Counted from the first letter of the whole stretch, positions 37,582 to 49,286 are shown. The stretch: 63,891 nucleotides of DNA, filler included, from Octopus bimaculoides (GCF_001194135.2; 4 parts of 3 records of this genome joined end to end with filler, not necessarily neighbours in it); one strand, 5' to 3'. The notes: generated by a model not told the origin, from the letters alone. A program made the numbers and translations.

Positions 37582-38198
37582 TAATGCAGACTAAATACAA
37601 GCACACTTACACACATACACACATGTACATATTAAAGACATAGAATAGAAATTAATACATCCAATATAACAAAATGTATATTATCTACACACTGGAACGT
37701 GTATATATAATTGATGCATTCTACACATTATATATACAGTGCAGTGTCACTGGAACATGTATATATAATTATAAGATTCTACTCATTATATATACAGTAA
37801 GACTTCAACCTCTTTCAGAGATTATAGGCCAGTATTTAATTCTAATTTCTCTTGTATTAAATGGATGAGACAAATATTCCCCCTGGACAAGGTGCTAGTC
37901 TATTGCAATTAACTTCTCCGGAAGCTCTGGTACTTGTTCACCACAGCTACATTGAGACAGAATAAAATGTCTGACTGGGTGAAAAAAAAAAATAATACCC
38001 AGGGACACCTGCATGGAATGTTACTAGTAATGTAGGCATTTAAAATACTTGATGTAATGAGACAAGAAATTATTATCTTAATGATTGATTCAGGTGAAGA
38101 GAATGAGGGGAGACTCTCCAGGTGAAAAAGATTAGATAACTGACTTTTCAAGTAGGTCTTACTTTGTAATCTAATTTTCTAGGATGACAACATCTTAG

Positions 38199-38575
38199 CC
38201 CTTTAACATTCAGATTATTGTGTCAAACGTAATGCTTATTTATTCACGTTGTTTTTGATTAACCGTGCATTGTCTCATAGCTTCGAGATTTCAATGGTAT
38301 GTTTGTATATTTTTAGAATGACATTGTAGGATAGTTGTGAGATGCCAAATCTGGCCAATATGAACCTAAAACAGGTAGACTATTTGGGACAGATGTGGCT
38401 GGTTTAAATGCTAAAGGTTTAACCCTTTAGGATTGTAATGCTTATTTATTCACATTGTTTTGAATTAATCATGCATTACTTCATATGGCATTGTAGGGCA
38501 GACATGAAAGGCCAGTTTGAACATAAAACAGGTAGAAAATTTGGACTGGATATGGCTGGTTTGAATGCTAAAGGG
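38199..38575. mobile_element. Head-to-tail dimer of the piggyBac-type MITE (38199-38418, 38423-38575)
   Basis: CCCTTTAACATT...AATGCTAAAGGT|TTAA|CCCTTTAG...AATGCTAAAGGG|TTAA; second unit internally deleted. Confidence 0.88.
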
Positions 38576-39367
38576 TTAACCTATTCTCCTATAAATATTA
38601 TAAATATATGTCTTAATATATTCTTCTATAACATACATTCTATAAAGACATCTTTCAACAGTGAATTGGCTGTTCTTGAAACATTGGCATCTAATAGTGA
38701 CTAAGTTCTCATCAGTTGTTGATAATTGTAAAGATCACATCAATTGTTGATAATTCTAAGGTCACACATCAACCAAATTGTTGATAATTCTAAACACTTC
38801 CGAAAGGAAAATGGTTCAAGATAAAAATATTAATAAATAAAAAAGTTAGTTACAAGCTCCTATGTATCTACTGCAACTTGAAACCCTACAAATTGTTTTT
38901 CAGGACAAAATGATCCCATTACTTAACTATGACAGGTTTATTTAAAAAATTTTTTTTTTTTTTAAATGTTATTAATTAAAATTTATTTGGCCTTGCAGTA
39001 TATTTATTTGGGGTTGAAATTCAAATGTGACCTGCAAATTCCATAGTTTTAATTATCAACCATCAATTCTATTGAACCAGATGTGATCTGTTGTTTCTTT
39101 TCCCCACTTTTTTCATTTGTACTTTAAATTGGACCCCTTATACAGAGAGGCTGTGTAACATATTCAACAAGCTGATGTATGATATCATTAATAGTTTGAA
39201 TATTTTTAGACCCCCTCCACCCCTATCTTGTACAAGCCAAATCTGGTGAAAACATCCCAAGGTTTGTGTGATTCTCGATTATGTATTTTTATTGTATTTC
39301 TTTATCATAGGAATTATTTTTATAATTTAATTCTGTTGTCTTTAATTCAAAAACAAGACAGCTTTAT

Positions 39368-39398
<31 letters not shown>

Positions 39399-40162
39399 NN
39401 NNNNNNNNNNNNNNNNNNNNNNNNNNNNNNNNNNNNNNNNNNNNNNNNNNNNNNNNNNNNNNNNNNNNNNNNNNNNNNNNNNNNNNNNNNNNNNNNNNNN
39501 NNNNNNNNNNNNNNNNNNNNNNNNNNNNNNNNNNNNNNNNNNNNNNNNNNNNNNNNNNNNNNNNNNNNNNNNNNNNNNNNNNNNNNNNNNNNNNNNNNNN
39601 NNNNNNNNNNNNNNNNNNNNNNNNNNNNNNNNNNNNNNNNNNNNNNNNNNNNNNNNNNNNNNNNNNNNNNNNNNNNNNNNNNNNNNNNNNNNNNNNNNNN
39701 NNNNNNNNNNNNNNNNNNNNNNNNNNNNNNNNNNNNNNNNNNNNNNNNNNNNNNNNNNNNNNNNNNNNNNNNNNNNNNNNNNNNNNNNNNNNNNNNNNNN
39801 NNNNNNNNNNNNNNNNNNNNNNNNNNNNNNNNNNNNNNNNNNNNNNNNNNNNNNNNNNNNNNNNNNNNNNNNNNNNNNNNNNNNNNNNNNNNNNNNNNNN
39901 NNNNNNNNNNNNNNNNNNNNNNNNNNNNNNNNNNNNNNNNNNNNNNNNNNNNNNNNNNNNNNNNNNNNNNNNNNNNNNNNNNNNNNNNNNNNNNNNNNNN
40001 NNNNNNNNNNNNNNNNNNNNNNNNNNNNNNNNNNNNNNNNNNNNNNNNNNNNNNNNNNNNNNNNNNNNNNNNNNNNNNNNNNNNNNNNNNNNNNNNNNNN
40101 NNNNNNNNNNNNNNNNNNNNNNNNNNNNNNNNNNNNNNNNNNNNNNNNNNNNNNNNNNNNNN

Positions 40163-41070
40163 CAATATCAATACAACTCTATTTATCCCCTACCACATAG
40201 ATCTATAAAATTCTAGCATCTTTTCTGTTTGGCCGCACCTGTGGAAATTTCAGAGTTTAGTGAAATTTTTAAAAATTAGTGTATTGGTGTAATTTTCCAT
40301 GCTGAATCTCGGGAGAGATGTGACTTTTTCCAGAATTTTTTTTTTTTTAATTATAGAGGTTTAAAGTTTGATCATTTTTACCCAATCAGAAAACAGGATT
40401 TGAAAGCTATCATTTTGTGCATGACAGCACATGCTGTCAACTGTAAACAAATGAAATATTGGCAGAATTCAGCTTTATGCATGCCATATATATATATATC
40501 TTAACCTTTTTTTTTTCTGAAGTTTTCATAACATTTTTTCAAATTTGTATTCTACATGCAAGAATTTACATGATTACGTGAAAACAAAAAAAAAATTTTT
40601 GATTTTTTTTTGGTATGTGATTTAAGGCCTATTTAGCTATTAGTTTTAGCACATCTCACAACTACGATTTAATAAGCAAAAAATGTCTGTGAGTAAGCAG
40701 GTTGGTAACGGCTTGGCTTGTTACTATGGAAACAGGGCATGAGCTAAAATTACCCAAAATTATTAATTTTTTATTTATTGATTTATGGTGAAAACGAATT
40801 TCATGTCAGTGATTACCATACAAAACTACATCATTACACCTAATATGAAATCGATTGGAACAGAAATTGAAAAGCGGCAGCCAAACAGAAAAGATCCAAA
40901 CTCTAGCATTTACTTTCTCTGTATATTGTAGTGAAATAACAGTTGAATTAAATCTCATATTTATTTTGTTTTTAACTTTTCTATTTTCTGGGAAACAAAC
41001 TTATTCAACAGACCCCTTGTTAATTAACAGTCACTGTAATTTCTCTCTCTGATTCATATTAATCAAAGGG
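40163..41070. mobile_element. Possible larger piggyBac-type non-autonomous element, left end lost in the gap
   Basis: Ends AAAGGG|TTAA at 41065-41074; no matching left TIR visible. Confidence 0.25.
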
Positions 41071-41784
41071 TTAACGAGAAATACTCTTTGCAACCAGGTA
41101 TTTATAAATTACTTTCAAGACTGTGTGTATACTTTTTTTCCCTTGAGGAAAACCCAGTTCACTCCATTTTTGTTCTACGTAGTTGTGGTGTGACTTTACA
41201 AGTTTTTCAAATGAAGAAAACAACCAAGGATTTTAAAAGCAATACCTTTATATTTCAGGATTTCCTTCAACATTTGCTACTTCCTGTGACAATTGTATAT
41301 GATTCCTCCACGTCATAGTCTCAAACACCTTTGCATCTGAAATTGGCCCCTTTTATATGGGTTTTTTTTTTTTTGATTTTTTTTCCTTTTTTTCTTTATC
41401 AGTTGAGCCAACTTCAGAGTTTCATTCTTGTTGAAAGATGTTCAAAATCAGAGCCAGGTTTAGGCAAAGCTAAACATGCTAAAGTTTAGGACCTTAATCC
41501 AAGAAGTGGCCACAAAATTTGAGAATTATCTTTATTATCATTACAGGTATGTTGATACAAACAGGAAAAATAGAACTCAAAATATGAGTATATTTGTATT
41601 AATATTTAGGAGAAGCAACAGAGTGACTCAAGGTCCAAGAATTTTGTGTATTGCTACTGCTAAATATTAATAAAAATACACATTATTGTTATTATTTGAC
41701 ATTCATAACAATTTTTCTTTTTTTATAATTTATATTTAAATGATAATTTAACTCAATTAATACTAACAAATTATCAAGCGGGCT

Positions 41785-42114
41785 AAATGGATGCTACTCA
41801 AAAATGCTATGAATGGCACCAAATGTGAAAATGACAGCAACATATGACAAACAAATGTCTTTATGGAGATCTTCCAAAAGACGGACGAGACCATATGGTC
41901 ACTGCATGTACCACCCTGACCTGGAAGTATCCAAATTAGTCTTGTGGAACCTGCTCCATGGTGATGTAAGAAGCAGAAGACATCATCACACTTACAATGA
42001 CAACTTCGTTGTAGATACTGGTCTGGAACATATGCAGTACCTTGAGGCAGTGATGATGAACTGAGAAGTGTGGCAGGTAGACTTTGTTGCTGCAGCCTAG
42101 GTTGGAACTTGGCC

Positions 42115-42115
<1 letters not shown>
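41785..42115 (+). mobile_element. RTE-group LINE 3' end, 5'-truncated, (TAA)n tail
   Basis: QQHMTNKCLYGDLPK / YGHCMYHPDLEVSKLVLW...HG...TYNDN...DTGL matches the C-terminal GHC...LVLW...HG...DTGL pattern of RTE-group ORFs. Confidence 0.75.
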
Positions 42116-42154
<39 letters not shown>

Positions 42155-42243
42155 TCAGTTCTATATTTAAGAGATGAGGAATTATGTACATTATTTATAT
42201 TATTTACAATTGACGGATATTTGTCCTCATCTTGTCTGTTGTT

Positions 42244-42289
42244 AACACAACATTTCAACTGATATACCCTCCAGCCTTCATCAGGTGTC
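42244..42289 (-). ncRNA. Minimal type I hammerhead ribozyme motif
   Basis: Minus strand GACAC-CTGATGA-A-GGCTG(GAGGGTATAT)CAGTT-GAAAT-GTT-GTGTT; stem I GACAC/GTGTT; two G-U pairs in stem II. Confidence 0.65.
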
Positions 42290-42557
42290 TTAGGGAAATG
42301 TTGAACTTGGGTTCTCATTCCTAAGGTATTTTTCGATATTGTTGTTGTTGTTATTATTATTATTATTATTATTCAGGTCACTGCCTGGAATCGAATTCGG
42401 AATCTTGGGGTTAAGAGCACAGGCTACTAACCCCAAGATTCCGAGTTCGATTCCGGGCAGTGACCTGAATAATAATAATGATAATAATAATAATAATATT
42501 AACAACAATTTTGAAAAATACCTTAGGAATGAGAACCCAGGTTCGAAATTTCCCCAA

Positions 42558-42598
42558 GACACCTGATGAAAGCTGGAGGGTATACCAGCTGAAACATT
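42558..42598 (+). ncRNA. Minimal type I hammerhead ribozyme motif, 3' strand of stem I deleted
   Basis: GACAC-CTGATGA-A-AGCTGG(AGGGTATA)CCAGCT-GAAAC-ATT; perfect 6-bp stem II. Confidence 0.6.
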
Positions 42599-43334
42599 AA
42601 CAACAAACAAGATGAGGACAAATATCTGTCAAATGTAAATAATAATCAGACTTAATTATTTACACAAGTTGATAGGATTTTATAATTTTATAAAAAGGCT
42701 TGGATATTAATCCTTATTAGATTTAATTACATTTGCTCTTCTCCTCCTGTCCCTACTTCTCTCCTTCAGGAATTTGTTCTGCATTCTGGTACCATTCATG
42801 GCCCTGTTCTGTTATTACTCACCCATATCCTCTGTAAGATCCCTTTAGTTTAAGGCCCCACCTTGTCCTAATGTGGTCCTAGTCACATGATCATAATTCC
42901 CCCTTGTTTATATCAGTTACTTTATACTTAATGCTATGGCAATACCCACTTCGTCACTCACACACACACACACACACACATATAATGACAAATATGCATA
43001 CATATAAAACATAGACACACATACACAATATAGACATTCACACATCTAATAATAAACAGTCATTCAAACATGTAATATAGAAACATACATACAATATAGA
43101 CAATCATGTACATATGGAGACATACACACACACACACACACCAAAATAATATGAATATTTATCATTCTGAAGTTATCTTAGTTTAACCATCTGTCTTGTT
43201 CAAAATAGCTCTTATTTATAGGTGTAGTTGCCAATATTTCAGTTTCTACAGTTTGTGTCATTAAAAATAATAATAATAGTAATAATGATAATGATAATAA
43301 CAACAATGTTGGTAAAGCAATTCCTTTGTAGGAT

Positions 43335-43428
43335 ACTCTTTTACTTGTTTCAGTCATTTGACTGTGGCCATGCTGGAGCACCGCCTTTAGTTGAGCAAGT
43401 CGACCCCAGGACTTATTCTTTGTAAGCC
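43335..43428 (-). mobile_element. Family B SINE 3' end
   Basis: CTTTTACTTGTTTCAGTCATTTGACTGTGGCCATGCTGGAGCACCGCC matches 28493-28540. Confidence 0.88.
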
Positions 43429-43663
43429 TCACTCAACTTATTTCAACTACAAAACTCTAATTTCTTTTATCTAATTTAGATATTTAAAAAAAGCACACAA
43501 AATATTATTTTTAACAACAAATTTTAAATAATTAGCTGTGTTGTATTAGCTTCGTTTATAAACATGGATCACTGTTGATCAAAATTTATTATTTATTGCT
43601 AAACTAAACTCCTCCCCCACCACTGAAGTTCTGCTCTCCCCCCCCCTCTCTCAATATATATAT

Positions 43664-43720
<57 letters not shown>

Positions 43721-44303
43721 CTTTATTCAATGAGATATTCCCCACAACACCAGTTTAAAAAGAAAACAGTTTTTATGTGATTATTTTCCCTCAGTCCAAA
43801 GTAGCATAGTAAAAAAAAAACATCATTACTATCAAAGATTCTTTAAACATTCTTTAATTAAGAATTGCCTGTGATTAATAATAATGATAATAATAATGAT
43901 AGTTATTTTTGTCAAAATTTCTAATTCAGAAGTAAAGTTGATTAAATGATCAAACTTTATTATTTTCCATTTTACCAAATCCCAGAAATCTTAGGCCCTT
44001 TTTTCTCTTGAAATTGCATTCCCTATGTTTCAATTGATTTCAAAAATAACAAAGAATGTAGTAAAATGGGATGGACTATTTGACCTGAAGACAATTCTAA
44101 CTGGGTCCTGCCTACAAGGTCATGTACTGTTTATCTTGATATGAGGTCACTATGTTGCACACATATGGTTGTTATGCATATGCCTGGTGTACCCTTATCA
44201 GACAAGTAGTCATGTTGGGTATATTGGATTTCATATATTTGTACCCCAACATCACTTTGATGGTGTGTTCTGATTCCTCTCACTCAATAATAATAATAAT
44301 AAT

Positions 44304-44788
44304 AAAAGATAATGAGAAAGTAACCATACTCTGGGATATGCCAATACACACAGATAGAAAAATTAAGGTCAATAGGCCAGATATAGTTGTCAGAGATCAT
44401 CAAGAAAAAAATACTTTTTGATTGATGTATCAATACTAGCAGATGACAATATTTCTCTAAAAGAATTGGAGAAACTTTCAAAATACAAAGACCTGGAAAT
44501 AGAGGTAACTCAAATGTGGAATCTAAAAACAGAAACAATTCCTATCATAGTGGGCGCATGAGGTATGATAAAAAAATATTCAGACAAATAGATAACAAAA
44601 ACCACCAGGACTAACAAGTATATATAACATACAGAAAATAGCACTACTAGGCACTGCATACATCCAACATAAAGCACTTTCAATACAGTAACAATAAGAG
44701 CATCACAGCAAACGACAGCACACACCCAAGGCACACAGGGCTGTGCTCGATAGTGCAGTGAAAGCACTTGATAAAAATAAGACTACTG
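44304..44788 (+). mobile_element. 5'-truncated R4/Dong-type retrotransposon with restriction-like endonuclease motif
   Basis: ILWDMPIHTDRKIKVNRPDIVV / LIDVSILADDNISLKELEKLSKYKDLEIEVTQMW...IPIIVGA*G / IQKIALLGTAYI; PD-D..K-type RLE signature; (TAA)n on both flanks. Confidence 0.9.
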
Positions 44789-45177
44789 AATAATAATAAC
44801 AATAATAAAAAGATAAAGAAAATTAAGCTGGTGTTTGGAACATAAATTAACATAAAATTTTGTTTGGGGTGGGGATTAATTGAGATCTCTTTAAAACCTG
44901 AAGTCTGTATCAGAGAAGCAAAGGCAATGTCAGGCAAATTGATTATCAAAAGGATTAAAAAAGAAAAGAATTACTTTTTATAAAGTAGAAACCTAGTTTT
45001 GTTGGGGGGGAGTTTATAGCTAATCATAGCCTAATATATTACTGGCACTTTTGTGTTCTCCTTTAGAGGGATGTAAATAAAATGGCTACTCTGGAAAATA
45101 ATAATAATGTTATGACAGAAATTTCTGAGGTGAATGTGCTGGAAGTTATCATTCATGCCTTTTTTCTAAGGTCGTAC

Positions 45178-45234
45178 CTCTGCTAATGACCCTCCAATAA
45201 TTTGCAATGTGGTTCTCTCTCTGATTAGATGGTT
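45178..45234 (-). CDS. Candidate 57-nt exon of the - strand gene; frame unresolved (NHLIRERTTLQIIGGSLAE or PSNQRENHIANYWRVISR)
   Basis: Acceptor ATAAATTCTTTTAG, donor GAG|GTACGA, length divisible by 3. Confidence 0.4.
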
Positions 45235-45644
45235 CTAAAAGAATTTATGTCAATTAAACTAATTAACAAAAATTCAAATGTTTTTTGTTTTTTTTCAAAA
45301 AACAGAGCTTTTAATTTCAATGTTACTTATTATTTTCTTTCTAAAATAAAATCTTTATCCTCATTTTCACATCAAACGTGGGCACGCAAACACACACACA
45401 CACACATCAACCACACACACGTGCACACATGACAATATCTATCATAAAGGAAAATTTTTTCAAGTTCCTCTGTTTTGTTTTTGTTTTCAACCCGGGCCAG
45501 TAACATTGTAATTCATGCCTAAATATTGTAATAAATAAATATGTCGACATTTACAACCCACTAACACAATAATGCAACATTGTAAACCACTTTTCAATCA
45601 TTTTCAATTAATTTGTAGTCTTTTCTGAGTGTTTTGTGTTTTAC

Positions 45645-45830
45645 TCATTATTCATTAATATCACATCTGTTGCTTTGGTACCTTCTGTTGCCATGATACT
45701 TACTGTTGCTATGGTACCTTCTGTTGCTATGGTACTTCTTGTTATTTTGTGTCCAGCTTTTGTGGTGGTATCTTTTGTTGTTGCATTTTCAGTTACCATT
45801 CCAGTGTCCCCTACTGTTACGTCCTGGTTC
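45645..45830 (-). CDS. Candidate exon, Thr-rich (NQDVTVGDTGMVTENATTKDTTTKAGHKITRSTIATEGTIATVSIMATEGTKATDVILMNN)
   Basis: Strong acceptor TTTCCCTGTTTCTTACTTTTAAAG; one open frame; donors GA|GTAAAA (186 nt, phase 2) or internal ACA|GTAAGT. Confidence 0.55.
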
Positions 45831-46304
45831 CTTTAAAAGTAAGAAACAGGGAAACTCTCGTCCAATTTTAACCCTCAAAAAACCTGTTGCCCTTGTTGAG
45901 TATTTCTCCAAAGGGGGTGGAGGGCTTCTGGGTTCATAATAATAATAATAATAATAACACTAGCAATATCATTTTTCAAAATATTGGGTTAAATTGAAAA
46001 TCCCTGTTGATGGAAGAAAATAACGGCTGCCCATTTCTATCCAGAGGGTTTTTTTAATGGAGGTAAAGAATATATACACCACCTGTTTCCAGTGTAACAA
46101 AAACCCTGACCCCCTAACCCCTAAGCCTAAATACCAGGTGTATATATTCTTTATTTGCGCCATTTTTTTAACCCAATATTTGGTTAAAGAAGGAAAACAG
46201 TAATATCGACATAGAGTTCCACTACTAAAACTATTTATTTCACATCTTATGATGTAAATAATAATAATAATAATAATAATGATAATAACTATAATAATAA
46301 TAAT

Positions 46305-46515
46305 GTACCCTGATGCAGTACCAGGTAGTGGTTCTTATGGCTTTTGATCTTAATTAATTGGAAATGTTATCATGTACATGTTTTGTCTTGGTATAAAAAA
46401 TGGGCTACAGTAAATATTCTGCTCATCACCACAGATTTGCTTGTCAGTTGCTTGACCTTAACCAGTTGAGCATGTCCCTTGGTGGCTGATGATTTGTGTG
46501 TCTCTGATCACAAGC
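46305..46515 (+). mobile_element. Repeat family F, 5' segment
   Basis: Aligns with the reverse complement of 15566-15783; starts directly after (TAA)n. Confidence 0.8.
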
Positions 46516-46522
46516 TGTAAAG

Positions 46523-46790
46523 GTTGTGTCTGCAATAATTGGTGCATTAGGAACTTTGACTAATGATAAAAACAAATAGTTGAAGGAGACTGGAATGGAA
46601 TGTCTTGTAGTGCTTCTACAAAAGGTTTGCCTCTCAGGAGCAAGAAAGATTATCAGAAGGCTTTTGAGCACTTGAAAGAATTATTGAAAGCTTGTGGATA
46701 TCTAAGTTTACAGGTAATAATTTGCTACCCACATAGATTCTACCAGGAATAAGACCAAACCTGAGCCAAGTCAAATGATGATGATAATAA
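46523..46790 (+). mobile_element. R4/Dong-type 3' end
   Basis: VVSAIIGALGTL...LKETGMECLVVLLQKVCLSGARKIIRRLLST*, then 3' UTR ending GATGATGATAATAA. Confidence 0.78.
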
Positions 46791-47028
46791 TTGTCTCAGA
46801 ATTATCACCGTTCCATAACAATCCAATTGGCTACAATAAACTTCCTCTTTCATGAAGTTTTCACCTCATTTTAAGTGGAATCCTGATTCTGGAAGTACTG
46901 CTACCTATGGTTATCTAGATTTGTTAGGGATACACAAACACACACACACACATTATTTGCAGTTATTCAATACCAAATTTCAATTATTTCTCAATTCTCC
47001 ACCAACTGTCAACATTTGATTACTTTAA

Positions 47029-47248
47029 CCCTTTCGTTACCAACCTGGCTGAAACTGGCTCTGGTTCTGAGTACAAATGTCTTGTTTTTATAAGTTTTGA
47101 ATTAAAATCTTCCACCAAACCTTAGTCACAGTTTATGTTCCTAACACTAGCTTAATGGTAACTAAGCTATTTTACTAAATTCTTTGTTATATTTAAAGTA
47201 ATTGAAAGAAACACAGAGCATCTCAAAATAAATACAGTAACGAAAGGG
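47029..47248. mobile_element. Intact 220-bp piggyBac-type MITE, second family
   Basis: TTAA|CCCTTTCGTTAC ... GTAACGAAAGGG|TTAA; perfect 12-bp TIR and TTAA TSD. Confidence 0.93.
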
Positions 47249-47548
47249 TTAAAAGGAGTTGGTTATTTTCCTTGATAGTATATATTTTTGAATAATTTCT
47301 TTTAAATAATCATATAACTAACTATGAGACTTTTTAACTGGTNNNNNNNNNNNNNNNNNNNNNNNNNNNNNNNNNNNNNNNNNNNNNNNNNNNNNNNNNN
47401 NNNNNNNNNNNNNNNNNNNNNNNNNNNNNNNNNNNNNNNNNNNNNNNNNNNNNNNNNNNNNNNNNNNNNNNNNNNNNNNNNNNNNNNNNNNNNNNNNNNN
47501 NNNNNNNNNNNNNNNNNNNNNNNNNNNNNNNNNNNNNNNNNNNNNNNN

Positions 47549-48110
47549 GAGTTCAAATTCTGCTGAGGTCAATTTTACCACTTTTCAGTGGGGGTGGGGA
47601 TCAATTAAATAAGTACCAGATAAATACTGGGGTCGATGTAATTGACATACCACCTCCCCCAAAGTTGCTGGCCTTGTGCCAAAATTTGAAACCATTACTA
47701 CTACTATTATTATTATTTTATGTTTGACTTTTGCTTTGCACTTGTACAAGTTGGATCCAAGTCTCACCCAGAGACCTCAAGAGACAACAAGTTAGAAGTT
47801 CATGTAGGTGTTATGCCTATGGTACCATGTATTTCGATTTGTACATAGTGTTGTTCTAGAGAATGTTTAAGAAACCATAAGAAAATTATGTGTTTGTTTT
47901 GTGTTATTATTATTATTATTAGTGCTGGTGGAGAGTTGAGCCTATACGCCTCGCACTATTTAGTCTCAACCCTTCATCTTCCAAGTTCAAAATCCTTCCA
48001 GAGGTCATCTCGAAAAGTACCAGTAATATACTGGTTTCACTGAAATCAACTACATTGCTCCTTCCCCACTTCTATAACAAATCTGTCCTCGTGCCTAGTC
48101 AAAAGAAAGG
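47549..48110 (+). mobile_element. SINE family A copies (47549-47696 after a gap; degenerate copy 47923-48110)
   Basis: GAGTTCAAATTC...AAGTACCAG...GGGGTCGATGTAAT...GCCTTGTGCCAAAATTTG. Confidence 0.78.
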
Positions 48111-48417
48111 AATGTTATTATTATTATTATAACAAAAGAAATCATCATCTTCATCATCATCATCATCATCATCATCATTATTATTATTATTATTATGTGT
48201 GTCAGTGACAGTATTATTGGGTGTAGTAGTTGTAATATTAGTAGTATTAGTAGCAATTCAAATTTTTTTTTTAAATCCCTTCTTTATTCATTTTTTTATG
48301 TTCCAGTGTAGCAGTATTTTGTCCCAGTTTTTCTAGGATTTCTGGACAACATTTTTTGTCAATAAAAAGCAAAAATTACTCCTTGTGACAGGAAGATCGT
48401 GTATTTTTTCTCGTTAC

Positions 48418-48511
48418 CATTTGGTAAGCATTTCCTTGGAAACAGCAAAATGTTTTGGACCATTCTCTTTCTTTGAAATCTTGTAATATAGTTTCTTCAG
48501 GTTATCTTTTA
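48418..48511 (-). CDS. Candidate exon (KDNLKKLYYKISKKENGPKHFAVSKEMLTK)
   Basis: Acceptor GGTAAATTTTAG, donor TG|GTAACG; TG plus the first G of exon 45830 gives Trp in frame. Confidence 0.45.
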
Positions 48512-48545
48512 CTAAAATTTACCACAAAATGGAAATCATTGTAGG

Positions 48546-48616
<71 letters not shown>

Positions 48617-49286
48617 NNNNNNNNNNNNNNNNNNNNNNNNNNNNNNNNNNNNNNNNNNNNNNNNNNNNNNNNNNNNNNNNNNNNNNNNNNNNNNNNNNNN
48701 NNNNNNNNNNNNNNNNNNNNNNNNNNNNNNNNNNNNNNNNNNNNNNNNNNNNNNNNNNNNNNNNNNNNNNNNNNNNNNNNNNNNNNNNNNNNNNNNNNNN
48801 NNNNNNNNNNNNNNNNNNNNNNNNNNNNNNNNNNNNNNNNNNNNNNNNNNNNNNNNNNNNNNNNNNNNNNNNNNNNNNNNNNNNNNNNNNNNNNNNNNNN
48901 NNNNNNNNNNNNNNNNNNNNNNNNNNNNNNNNNNNNNNNNNNNNNNNNNNNNNNNNNNNNNNNNNNNNNNNNNNNNNNNNNNNNNNNNNNNNNNNNNNNN
49001 NNNNNNNNNNNNNNNNNNNNNNNNNNNNNNNNNNNNNNNNNNNNNNNNNNNNNNNNNNNNNNNNNNNNNNNNNNNNNNNNNNNNNNNNNNNNNNNNNNNN
49101 NNNNNNNNNNNNNNNNNNNNNNNNNNNNNNNNNNNNNNNNNNNNNNNNNNNNNNNNNNNNNNNNNNNNNNNNNNNNNNNNNNNNNNNNNNNNNNNNNNNN
49201 NNNNNNNNNNNNNNNNNNNNNNNNNNNNNNNNNNNNNNNNNNNNNNNNNNNNNNNNNNNNNTATATATATATATATATATATATAT

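Larger units (their letters stand above)
42150..42645. mobile_element. Inverted pair of a tRNA-headed repeat with a Penelope-like, hammerhead-containing tail
   Basis: 42198-42413 is the near reverse complement of 42428-42645; centre has GGTTAAGAGC...GAGTTCGATTCC (tRNA-like, B-box). Confidence 0.85.

Noticed and set aside
41240-41337. Minus-strand frame DAKVFETMTWRNHIQLSQEVANVEGNPEI*
   Set aside because: Acceptor lacks a pyrimidine tract; cannot be placed in the exon chain with confidence.
42730-42900. Purine-rich minus-strand segment with a perfect GTGAGT donor
   Set aside because: Stops in every frame; RTR..LKLKG wording fits a decayed CR1 3' end better than an exon.
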